Of a stretch of DNA of 64,000 nucleotides, positions 17,901 to 25,700 are shown in pieces. The stretch lies in the NCBI GenBank assembly GCA_017427405.1, contig JAFRSV010000014.1, forward strand, positions 9,490-73,489, given 5' to 3'. The translations under genes and the position numbers were made by a program. The stretch's first letter is position 1; the number at the start of each line of letters is the position of its first letter. The notes below the pieces were generated by a model. That model was not told the origin of the DNA and made no database searches. It saw only the letters and a program-made list of their open reading frames with translations. The stretch is from Alphaproteobacteria bacterium (GTDB lineage: Bacteria > Pseudomonadota > Alphaproteobacteria > Rs-D84).

Positions 17901-19279
17901 TTTCATCGTATGTGCCAAAGTCGTATGTACTTAATACCAATGATACAAATTCTTATTTGGCCGATGATAACAGCGCGCCATCATGGGCAACAACAAACGG
18001 CGTGGCAAGTTTATATCGTGTTCCGGGCGCGGCAAGTGGTTCAAATTGGGCCGCCACGGCCATGTCAAAGTGGGCCAATGATGAAAATGTTCCAACAATG
18101 GATACTTTGGCAAATTCACTTGCGGGACTTTATGATGCGGTTGGTGTTTCGGTTGAAGATCGAATTCTGAACTACGATGAAACCGGTTATAGTATTGTGG
18201 GTGAAAGTGTTCCCGTTCCGTCCCAGATTGAATATACCGGTGAATTAAAACTTAAAGATGGTAATCAATTGTTCTGGCTGCCACAATTGCAAAATGCGGG
18301 TGTGGAAGAAGCAACGAGATTACTGAAATCTTATTCGATGGACAAAATCGTCCCCAGTATGGATGAATTGGCATTTGCGTTGGATGGTGTTTTACAAACA
18401 CATGAAACCACCAGAGAATGGCAAGAAGTCGTGAATTTTTACAGGGTTCCATCAAGCTCTCTCTTTGAAGTTGCAAAGGAAATAGAGGCCTCTGAAGTTA
18501 ATGCAGTAGCGCTTTACAAAAGTGGTTATTTGCAAACCTTTGCCCCAAGTTTAGAGGCATTGATGAACGAATCCGCCGAGCTTGTACGACTTATAAACAG
18601 CAAACAAAACAAATTATCCGGTACCAGTGGCAACCTTATCACGTATGGCGCAACCGCGGGCACAACCGGGTCCAAGGAAATTGCAACCACCATAACAAAC
18701 AATGCCAACACGGTGCCAAATACACAGGCAGTTTACAATGCCGTAAATGCACGACAAAATGTAATACCGGTCGCTGGTAAATATCGTTCGTCAAACACGG
18801 CAACAAGTGACACACCCATATCTGATTGGACCGTCACAGATATCAAGGGGACCGCACTGGTGACCAAACCAACATCTTCGGATGGTGTTGTTGGCGAACG
18901 CAAGATTTTCGAGGCGGGTGACACATACACAGACGATACTAAAACAAATATACAAATTGCAACAATTGGTGCGGTTATGGAAAACACGTTTACAAAAACA
19001 TGTGTTGAATACGCCCCTGGGTCAACACAAAATGACACCACATGTTGGCTGTGGCAACTTACAAGCAACACCGTCACGTCAACGAGATGTAGCGCGAGTG
19101 GTGTAAGTTGCCGTTCAAGTACCGAATGTTGCAGTGGAATCTGTAGATCAGAGGTTTGTGCCGCCACACTTATCGCTTGCGGGGGCGAAGGATCATCATG
19201 TTCACTGATTGCTTGCTGCGATGGGTTGACCTGTGACAGCAGTAGCAATACATGTGTTAGAGAGGCTGGCCGTACATGA
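11924..19279 (+). CDS. Giant secreted repeat protein (2451 aa), tail-fibre-like modules, Cys-rich C-terminal cap
   Basis: Uninterrupted 7.36-kb ORF with RBS GGAAGGGA and signal peptide MKFLTSRVVVFALMSFLVSFVAHA/ED. Recurrent SHK/TVNGAPLSN, VPT-x3-V-x3-L and LALKQNK motifs. All Cys that I could see fall in the last ~95 aa. Confidence 0.85.
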   Translation: MKFLTSRVVVFALMSFLVSFVAHAEDKVVGDGGKTGDTGEVVKSGSTPAIDYKVVTSKAYVDDEISKLAAHKVNGVAISNENIQFYAVETARNSGASATKTVQLSGGDMDSDATTIPTGMMLVIKPAETSTVVPTTLKLKRTSSDTTGISKSLRYNGAAITTDMAGKVWNANTPSIWVYDGTYWDFAGGGTVADGLIDGLASHTVNGAPLSNLASVFFGPGEGSDGADKKVTIDSIASTEGGVPPTGLIIVTQPTDSDSHGNFALTLNRFNKAPVFYNGAPVNDRDASAIWSIKKPSSFVFDGTNWVFLGTVDTDTNTEYSTMSVDEGTAGQSQTQRVLTAQNLKPIIQGTTLTGLSTSTASVITTSDTVTTGMGKLQAQITANDVRTHTVNGAPLSNTASYFYGTGVGVPDNAAKTVEIDSIYSVIGQTTPNGQMIVVQPEKTATKGNITLQLNKFNAAPVYYNGDVLNDDDVSKVWNKGYPSTFVFDGTNWVFMGNGQFDTDTNTEYSTMSVNEGTAGQSQTQRTLTAQNLKPIIQGTTLTGVDTTATTAVTASDTVTTGIGKLQGQINDLSSHKINGMPLSGFTSNGDAMTSMYFYGTSDAAAADEVRNVTIGGITELAPGLMIIVKPTITAAYGNADAAAAAKLNLNGLGAKGMRYNGAALTTTNDGYAWKANTPGLWLYDGTYWNFAGYDANNTYNAMTDGASGSYSGPAGTATTNTVVSPKVLKNTVLDGITLTANTGRTAFDSTIANTPITASDKVIEAFGHAQGQINNKQNKIDATWIEVSTLDNSDIWQLRGIAASNNAATDINATEIGLMTNNDVYAILSYNNEGHGLVDANYDFFQSIGQTGRYEELENLVPTVAAVGEAFGELRAFSWDSTKHPVAIDAYSTTFSNSATNAWPVMNETKAPSGSVLANALALKQNKIAAGTAGNVVTYSGTAGQFGTPLSIMDGLSSYGEVAVLDNAYNFGDPETSQTTVWPLAEATQLINGRAFADGLSLKQTVLPVTSNGMGNGPNYVYNATTNPTADGSVVTTTTTAGTVGQRGIATAPTYDANDNLTNGSWLPTMSAVESMVSGSDVSSHKVNGAPLSNTASYFYGEGVGAADTATKTVSIPSITGTPAVGQVIVVKPATTNTSSTININLNNTAAYSVLYRGSSSNIPKDVWTAYVPSIFVLDETSGGTKYWRYVGTSPSSMAWGATETNATNAYSTTFDGTTNNWPVADENKYVKGDSFAQGLALKQNRITTNLVSFNDTPNGATYNVPALVSYGTGTNNADGILGNKIGIVGYGNIGEDLADYEEVGMDNYVPTVYAVAAALSAIWEGMPSQWQALSWNVNGDNGANRTNAINAYNTTFGTGTNNWAGTNTNLINGQFLANSLALKQNKIPAGTTPENLYTNGSVLTYTNSDGVVGEKHIINGQMFEDLVGGRENWTNDYQNMLVNAGDIGTMLKRLDWSSTQSAAINAYNTTFGTGTNNWTGNDGNLINGQFLANSLALKQNKIPAGTAGEILTYSGTAGQLGTPWAVLSSLTGEDGDAIENYSTTFNGTDGNWTTGSAGKLITTNVLADGLALKQTRISTGLVEFEGNEGNYQLPAIVRTDALGDLLDGTSLGIFNFATYQAEDAYQALAGYAEGATAAQLDNFVPTLRVVAEELKAIESKQNKLPAAYASTTDPSKMASMGGETIALGSYAGSVSQRYITAGGSQPLTQKTGADNVMLYINGTKTLAQFQTSNFGATGGTATTIQGRIKESLVNLETLKDVYSELQESIESSDVSSHKVNGAPLSNTASYFYGEGVGEADTSTKTVSIPSITGTPAVGQVIIVKPATTNTASTIKINLNNTAAYSVLYRGSTTNIPSEAWTAYVPSIFVLDETSGGTKYWRYVGTSPSSMAWGATETNATNAYSTTFDGTTNNWPTADENKYVKADSLAYGLALKQNALPAQASGAPVTIPTYPAYGTSDGVIGKMYLDTSSLYTANDEHFPSSKLIRTTLSSYVPKSYVLNTNDTNSYLADDNSAPSWATTNGVASLYRVPGAASGSNWAATAMSKWANDENVPTMDTLANSLAGLYDAVGVSVEDRILNYDETGYSIVGESVPVPSQIEYTGELKLKDGNQLFWLPQLQNAGVEEATRLLKSYSMDKIVPSMDELAFALDGVLQTHETTREWQEVVNFYRVPSSSLFEVAKEIEASEVNAVALYKSGYLQTFAPSLEALMNESAELVRLINSKQNKLSGTSGNLITYGATAGTTGSKEIATTITNNANTVPNTQAVYNAVNARQNVIPVAGKYRSSNTATSDTPISDWTVTDIKGTALVTKPTSSDGVVGERKIFEAGDTYTDDTKTNIQIATIGAVMENTFTKTCVEYAPGSTQNDTTCWLWQLTSNTVTSTRCSASGVSCRSSTECCSGICRSEVCAATLIACGGEGSSCSLIACCDGLTCDSSSNTCVREAGRT

Positions 19280-19296
19280 TTATAATCTTGCACTGT

Positions 19297-19326
19297 GAAA
19301 TTCCGCCTTTTGGCGGAATTTTATTT
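19297..19326 (+). terminator. Intrinsic terminator after the giant gene
   Basis: gaaattccgcc-tttt-ggcggaatttt followed by a T-rich tail, 18 nt after the stop. Confidence 0.7.
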
Positions 19327-19366
19327 GATTTGTTGCGTTTTGGATTTTTATACCCAATTTTTCCAC

Positions 19367-19395
19367 TTGCAAAAAGACACCAAAAAAATTATAAT
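19367..19395 (+). promoter_or_regulatory. Candidate sigma70 promoter for tRNA-Trp-secE-nusG
   Basis: TTGCAA-N17-TATAAT, exact spacing counted from the sequence. A weaker TTGATT-N17-TAACCT follows at about 19404. Confidence 0.5.
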
Positions 19396-19484
19396 ATTTA
19401 CGCTTGATTTTTCGTGATTTTGTTGCTAACCTATCGCGGAATATCGGAATGCTTTCGAACCAAAGTGGCGTATTTCGGGCACAA

Positions 19485-19558
19485 AGGGGCATGGTTCAAT
19501 GGTAGAACATCGGTCTCCAAAACCGCGGATGAGGGTTCGATTCCTTCTGCCCCTGCCA
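19485..19558 (+). tRNA. tRNA-Trp (anticodon CCA)
   Basis: Hand-folded cloverleaf. Acceptor AGGGGCA/TGCCCCT, anticodon loop cTCCAaa, T-loop GGTTCGATTCC, CCA end encoded. Canonical position upstream of secE. Confidence 0.9.
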
Positions 19559-19610
19559 ATAAAAAGGGCGGACATTGCGATAAAGTTGAACAATTAAACT
19601 GGTGCGTCTT

Positions 19611-19790
19611 ATGAAAAAATTTATGGAATTTATACGTGGGGTGCGGGCCGAATGGTTCAAAATTACATGGCCAACCCGGGCGGATGTCGTGCGTGCAACA
19701 ATCATGATTATTGTGTTTTCTGCAATCGCGGCATTATTCTTTTTTGTGGTGGACGCTATCTTAAACGCACTGGTTGGGTGGATTTTCTAA
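19611..19790 (+). CDS. secE: Preprotein translocase subunit SecE
   Basis: About 59 aa. MKKFMEFIRGVRAEWFKITWPTRADV followed by a single TM. Located between tRNA-Trp and nusG. The ATG at 19611 is preferred over the GTG at 19602. Confidence 0.85.
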   Translation: MKKFMEFIRGVRAEWFKITWPTRADVVRATIMIIVFSAIAALFFFVVDAILNALVGWIF

Positions 19791-19814
19791 AACAATTTGC
19801 CAAGGGGGCGCATA

Positions 19815-20348
19815 ATGGATGATAAAATGCAATGGTTTGTTGTAAATGTTCACACCGGCTGCGAAGACAATGTCGCGCGCAATCTGCGCGAACAAATTGA
19901 TAAACGCCGGCTGAACGCGCTTTTTGGCGAAATTATGGTGCCGACACGCGAAATTACCGAAATCAAGGGTGGCAAGCGGGTCAAGGTTGATAAGAAATTC
20001 TTTCCGGGCTATATCGTTGTGCAAATGATTATGAACAACGAAACATTTTCGTTGGTGAAATTGTTGCCACATGTAATCATGTTCCTTGGGGCGCGCCAAA
20101 AACCCATCGCGGTTAGTGAAGAAGAAGCGCGCCGTTTAATGAAACAGGTAGAAGAGGGCAGCACTGTTCCCGATGATATCACATACGATGTCGGTCAAGA
20201 AGTCCATGTTATCGATGGGCCTTTTGCAAACTTTAACGGTGTTATATCCGAAGTTGACAATGTAAAACAAAAAATGACCGTGAACATTTTGGTCTTTGGC
20301 CGCGAAACAAGTGTTGCGCTTGATTTCGAACAGGTCGAACGGGTTTAA
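19815..20348 (+). CDS. nusG: Transcription termination/antitermination factor NusG
   Basis: WFVVNVHTGCEDNV NGN domain and a C-terminal KOW (GQEVHVIDGPFANFNGVISEV). ATG at 19815 has AAGGGGG upstream. Confidence 0.9.
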   Translation: MDDKMQWFVVNVHTGCEDNVARNLREQIDKRRLNALFGEIMVPTREITEIKGGKRVKVDKKFFPGYIVVQMIMNNETFSLVKLLPHVIMFLGARQKPIAVSEEEARRLMKQVEEGSTVPDDITYDVGQEVHVIDGPFANFNGVISEVDNVKQKMTVNILVFGRETSVALDFEQVERV

Positions 20349-20453
20349 CCGGTTTTGTAAAACCGGCGGGCGTGTGCAAGGCGCGCAAAAAAAAACAAAT
20401 CGTGGTGGATGCGCCACATCGAACCACGAATCCAAAAACAAAAAGGATGAAAA

Positions 20454-20885
20454 ATGGCAAAAAAAGAACTAAAGGGGATTGTTAAACTGGTTGTCCCCGC
20501 AAAACAGGCAAATCCTGCGCCACCAATCGGGCCGGCGTTGGGTGCGGCGGGTGTGAATATCGCCGAATTCTGCAAACAATTTAACGATAAAACGTCTGAC
20601 AAAGAACCGGGTATGCCGATTCCGTGCATTATTACCGTCTATACGGACCGCAGTTTCGAATTCATTATGAAATTGCCGCCGGTTTCGTATTATATCAAAA
20701 AGGCGTTGAAATTGAAAATCGGTTCTCATAAACCGGGCCGTGATTTCGTTGGCACCATTACCAAGGCGCAAATCAAAGAAATCGCGGAAAACAAAATGCC
20801 GGATTTGAATTGCTCTACCATTGAATCTGCGATGAATATCGTTGCGGGTCAGTGCCGTTCAATGGGCGTCAAGGTGGAGGATTAA
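20454..20885 (+). CDS. rplK: 50S ribosomal protein L11
   Basis: 143 aa. [16 protein letters not shown]-type motif ([23 protein letters not shown]). Confidence 0.95.
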   Translation: MAKKELKGIVKLVVPAKQANPAPPIGPALGAAGVNIAEFCKQFNDKTSDKEPGMPIPCIITVYTDRSFEFIMKLPPVSYYIKKALKLKIGSHKPGRDFVGTITKAQIKEIAENKMPDLNCSTIESAMNIVAGQCRSMGVKVED

Positions 20886-20888
20886 GCC

Positions 20889-21563
20889 ATGAGAATTACA
20901 AAAAGACAAAAAACGTGGGCTGAATTGGATACTGCAAAGGCGTATTCTTTTGCCGATGCAATTGAAGCGTTGCGGAAGTATTGTTCGAAAAAATTCGATG
21001 AAAGTTTGGAAATCGCCGTGCGTTTGGCCATTGATGTGACCAAGGCCGACCAAAATATCCGTGGTATGTTGTCATTGCCAAATGGTACGGGTAAAAAGGT
21101 GCGTGTTGCCGTTTTCACAAATGACAAGCAAGATGATGCGAAAAAGGCGGGGGCCGATGTCATTGGTGGCGAAGATTTAATTGAAAAAGTTGCCGCCGGT
21201 GAAATCAATTTCGACCGTGTTATCGCAACACCGGAAATGATGCCGAAAATGTCAAAGGTCGCGCGCGTCTTGGGTCCCAAGGGTTTGATGCCCAATCCGA
21301 AACTTGGAACGGTGACGAATGATGTCGCAACGGCGGTGGCGAATGCCAAGGCCGGGCAAATCGAATATCGTGCCGAAAAGAACGGTATTATCCACGCTGG
21401 GCTTGGCAAAATGTCGTTTGCAACCGATAAATTGGTCGAAAACGCAAATGCGTTGGTTGAACAATTGAAAAAGGTTAAACCGGCATCGGTCAAGGGTCAA
21501 TATATTGTTGGAATCGCGGTTTCAACAACCCAAGGTCCGGGCCTGCACGTGGATGCAAAATAA
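20889..21563 (+). CDS. rplA: 50S ribosomal protein L1
   Basis: 224 aa. Typical L1 sequence (RGMLSLPNGTGKKVRVAVF...LGPKGLMPNPKLGTVT). Confidence 0.95.
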   Translation: MRITKRQKTWAELDTAKAYSFADAIEALRKYCSKKFDESLEIAVRLAIDVTKADQNIRGMLSLPNGTGKKVRVAVFTNDKQDDAKKAGADVIGGEDLIEKVAAGEINFDRVIATPEMMPKMSKVARVLGPKGLMPNPKLGTVTNDVATAVANAKAGQIEYRAEKNGIIHAGLGKMSFATDKLVENANALVEQLKKVKPASVKGQYIVGIAVSTTQGPGLHVDAK

Positions 21564-21763
21564 TTATTGCGGTTTGGTGCGAATGCATCACACCGCAAAC
21601 AAAGATTTCTGTCCAAGACTGATGGTGCGGTAACGCTTAATTCCCATCATAGACAAAGAAAATTTCTTTGGGACAGGAAGTGGTCCCATCCCGGGGAAAC
21701 CCGGATGGAAAGTTGAATTGGTTCGTGCGATTTTCAATCGAACCAGAAGTAAGGGTAAGAAAG
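21564..21763 (+). promoter_or_regulatory. Long rplJ 5' leader (possible L10 autoregulatory leader)
   Basis: A 200-nt untranslated gap with hairpin potential precedes the rplJ ATG at 21764. L10(L12)4-binding leaders are known at this position in many bacteria. The structure was not verified here. Confidence 0.3.
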
Positions 21764-22243
21764 ATGAAACGCGAAGAAAAGTCAAACTTGATTTCTGCGT
21801 TGCAATCGTCCTTAGGACAGGCGAACGGCGTTTTCGTCGTCGAAAATCATGGCCTTAGTGTTCGGGAATTCGAAGGGTTGCGTAATGAATTGCGCCCATT
21901 GGTTTCCGTGTTCAAGGTTGTGAAAAATCGCCTTATGAAATTGGCATTGAAAGATACCGATTTCGAACCCGTATCCGAACTTATGAAACGTCCGACCGCC
22001 GTTGCCGTTGCAACCGACGGATTGGCCGTGACCAAGGTTTTGGTTAAATTCGCCGAAGAACATCCAAACCTTACCATCGTTGGTGGTAAAATGGATGCCG
22101 GCGTTTTGGGTGTGGACGATATTGTGCAATTATCCAAGCTTCCGTCGCTGCTTGAAATTCGTGGCACAATTGCGCGTATCTTGGTTGAACCGGGGTCGCG
22201 CCTTGCACGCGTTTCCGCAGAGTATGGAAAAAAGAATCAATAA
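21764..22243 (+). CDS. rplJ: 50S ribosomal protein L10
   Basis: Starts MKREEKSNLISALQSSL. The internal ATG at 21764 gives the canonical ~160 aa length. Confidence 0.9.
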   Translation: MKREEKSNLISALQSSLGQANGVFVVENHGLSVREFEGLRNELRPLVSVFKVVKNRLMKLALKDTDFEPVSELMKRPTAVAVATDGLAVTKVLVKFAEEHPNLTIVGGKMDAGVLGVDDIVQLSKLPSLLEIRGTIARILVEPGSRLARVSAEYGKKNQ

Positions 22244-22287
22244 TTATTGGAATAACTTTCCAGTAAGAAATCTTAAGGAGCAAAAAA

Positions 22288-22656
22288 ATGGCAGACATTC
22301 AAAAATTAGTTGAAGAATTGTCAAAATTGACCGTTTTGGAAGCCGTAGAACTTTCCAAAGCGTTGGAAGAAACATGGGGCGTTAGTGCCGCCGCCGCGGT
22401 CGCAGTTGCCGCAGGTCCGGCCGCCGGCCCAGCCGCCGAAGAAAAATCTGAATTCGACGTTGTTTTGACCGATGTCGGTGCAAACAAATTGGCGGTTATC
22501 AAGGCTGTGAAAGAAATCACAGGTCTTGGACTTGGCGAAGCCAAGGCGTTGGTTGAATCTGCGCCAAAGACGGTGAAAGAAGCCGTTGCCAAAGACGAAG
22601 CCGAAAAGATGAAGGCTTCGATAGAGGCCGCAGGTGCCAAGGTTGAATTGAAATAA
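22288..22656 (+). CDS. rplL: 50S ribosomal protein L7/L12
   Basis: 122 aa. Ala-rich hinge and [24 protein letters not shown]. Confidence 0.95.
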   Translation: MADIQKLVEELSKLTVLEAVELSKALEETWGVSAAAAVAVAAGPAAGPAAEEKSEFDVVLTDVGANKLAVIKAVKEITGLGLGEAKALVESAPKTVKEAVAKDEAEKMKASIEAAGAKVELK

Positions 22657-22793
22657 TTCACCCCGCGAACCACATGGTTCAAAAAACATTGTCCATGCCC
22701 GCACGGATAAAAATGTCTGTGCGGGCGATGGGCGAAAAAAAGTATATGTAATAGTTTCGTTTGCAAGATGCACAAAAAAAAGGATTGATACCC

Positions 22794-25700
22794 ATGGCAG
22801 TTATCCAAAAATTAAGAAAATCTTTTGGTAAAAGTTTTTTGCAAACTCCGCTTCCTGATTTAATAGAAATTCAATACAATTCCTATAAAGAGTTTTTGCA
22901 GGGCGACGTTGCGCCCCAAAACCGCAAGAACAAAGGGTTGCAAAGTGTATTTACTTCTATGTTCCCAATCAAGGATTATGCGGGGGCCGCCGAATTGGAA
23001 TTCGTGGAATACAATTTGGAAAAACCGGCGTATAACGTCAAAGAATGCCTTGCGCGGAAAATGACGTATTCAAGCAAGTTAAAACTGAAATTAAAACTGA
23101 TTTTGTGGGATGTCGCCGAAGACGGCAAAAAGTCTTTGCGTGATATCAAAGAACAAGAAATATTCATGGGCGAAGTGCCATTGATGACCGAACGGGGCAG
23201 TTTTATTGCATCCGGTGTCGAACGTGTTATTGTTTCGCAAATGCACCGTGCCCAAGGTGTCGTTTTTGCTACCACCAAAGAAGCCAAGGTCGCGGGCAAT
23301 CCTATTACATATACCGCGCGTATAATCCCCGAACACGGGTCATGGATTGATTTCGAAGAATCCAAGGGCATAATTTATGTTCGTATCGATCGTCGTCGTA
23401 AAGTTCCCGCGACGGTTTTGTTGCGTTGCCTGCCGTGTGCCGAAGACGAAAAGAAATGGAAAGACGAACCCCGCAAACCAACAATTCGTGGAATGTCGGA
23501 TACCGAAATACTGTCGTCGTTCTATAAACGTATCGCACTTAAAAACAATGGCAAATTGTGGGTTGGCGACACATCTGTGTTCGAAGGTTTGGATAAATAT
23601 CGTTTGAATTACGATTTGTTGAACCCCAAGGATAAAAAAGAATTGGCGGCCAAGGGTGACCGTTTGAACGCAAAACGTTTAAGCAAAATTATGGCGGCAT
23701 CGAAACAGTTCGGTATCTTGCCGGATGCGCTGGTTGGGGAATACTTGTTTGACCCGATTACATCGGCGGGCGAAGTTATTTATCCATCGGGCACAGAAAT
23801 CACCGAAGAAGTTTTGGCGGATATCGAAAAATTAGGTATCAAAGAAATATCGCTTATTTCGATTGACAACACGACGATAACCGCACATATGCGTAATACA
23901 CTTGTCGCGGATAAAACGGCAAATCGTGAAGATGCATTGATTGAAATCTATAACATTATCCGTCCGGGCGAACGCCCAACATTAGAGGCGGCAATCAACC
24001 TGTTCATGCGCCAAGGTTTCGAACCGGCATACTATGACCTGTCGGCGGTTGGTCGTTTCAAAATGAACAAGCGTTTGAAAATCGATTCTGGCAAAAAGCC
24101 CGAAGACGAACGTTTGCTTACCAAAACCGATTTTCTTGCGGTGTTGAAAACATTGACCAACATCATTGACCACAAAGACACAATTGACGATATTGATAAC
24201 CTTTCAAATCGTCGTGTTCGCACGGTTGGTGAATTGTTGGAACAAAATTTTCGCACCGGTATGGTTCGTATTGAACGTCTTGTCCGCGAAGCGTTGTCTT
24301 CGCCGAACATCGCAACAATGCAACCCCAAGATGTTGTGAATGTAAATCCGTTAATGTCGTTGGTCGCGGAATTCCTTGGAACAAGCCAATTGTCACAGTT
24401 TATGGATGCGTATAACCCGCTTTCGGAATTGGAACACAAACGTCGTATATCGGCATTGGGACCGGGTGGGCTGAATCGTGAACGTGCGGGTATCGATGTC
24501 CGCGACGTTCACCCGACACACTATGGTCGTCTGTGCCCAATCAACACACCCGAAGGTGCAAACATTGGTTTGATAAACCACCTTGCATCATATGCACGGG
24601 TGAATCCATACGGATTTATCGAAACACCGTACTATGTTGTCGAAAACAGCAAAATTACCGATAAAATGGTTTACCTTACCGCGGACGAAGAGTTGGGTCA
24701 CAAAATCGCCCAGGGTAATACCCCAACAAATGACAAGGGCGTTTTAACCGAAGAAATGGTGACGGCGCGTGTTGATGGCGAATTTACACGTGTTCCGCGC
24801 GATGAAATTGACCTGATTGACGTTGAACCGCGCCAAGTTGTGTCCATTTCAACCGGACTTATTCCGTTCGTTGAAAACGACGACGCGAACCGCGCGTTGA
24901 TGGGTTCAAACATGCAGCGCCAGGCCGTGCCATTGATGCGTGTGCAAACACCACTTGTTGGAACGGGCATTGAACGCGAGGTTGCACGTGATTCCCGTAC
25001 GGGCAAGGTTGCAAAGCACAGTGGTATTGTTGAATCAGCGGACGCAAATCGTATCGTTGTAAAATGTATGAACAGCCGCAACGTCGTAACAGGTGTGGAC
25101 ATTTATAACCTGGAAAAATATGAACGTTCGAACAATGATACAATTTTACATCAAAAACCGTTGGTGCATGCGGGTGACCGCATATCCGCGGGTGATATCA
25201 TCGCGGACGGTTCGTCAATGAACTATGGCGAATTAGCGTTGGGACGCAATGTGTTGGTCGCATTCGTGCCATGGCGCGGATATAACTATGAAGATTCCAT
25301 TGTGATTTCGGAACGTATTTCGCGTGATGACGTTTTCACATCTGTCAAAATTGTGGAAAAAGAAATCAAGGTTCGCGATACGCAATTGGGACCTGAAAGT
25401 TTGACGCGTGATATTCCAAATGTTAGCGAAGAAGCGTTAAAGAATTTGGATGAATCTGGTATTATCTATATCGGTGCGCGCGTAAAGCAGGGCGATATTT
25501 TGGTTGGCCATGTGTCGCCGAAATCTGAAACATTGCTTACCCCCGAAGAAGCGTTGCTACGCAACATCTTTGGTGAAAAGGCATTAAATGTCAAAGATAC
25601 ATCACTGCGCGTCGGCCCGAACGAAGAAGGAACCGTTATCGGTGTGAATATCCTTACGCGTCACGGTGTTAAAAAGGACGAACGCACCCAAATGATTGAA

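Noticed and set aside
20882-21493. 203-aa minus-strand ORF
   Set aside because: It is antisense to ribosomal protein L1 (rplA), whose identity is unambiguous.
22697-22726. The hairpin gcccgcacgga...tctgtgcgggc between rplL and rpoB as an intrinsic terminator
   Set aside because: The stem is good, but no T-run follows on either strand. It might be an attenuator or processing site, as is known for this spacer in E. coli, but the sequence alone does not support a terminator call.
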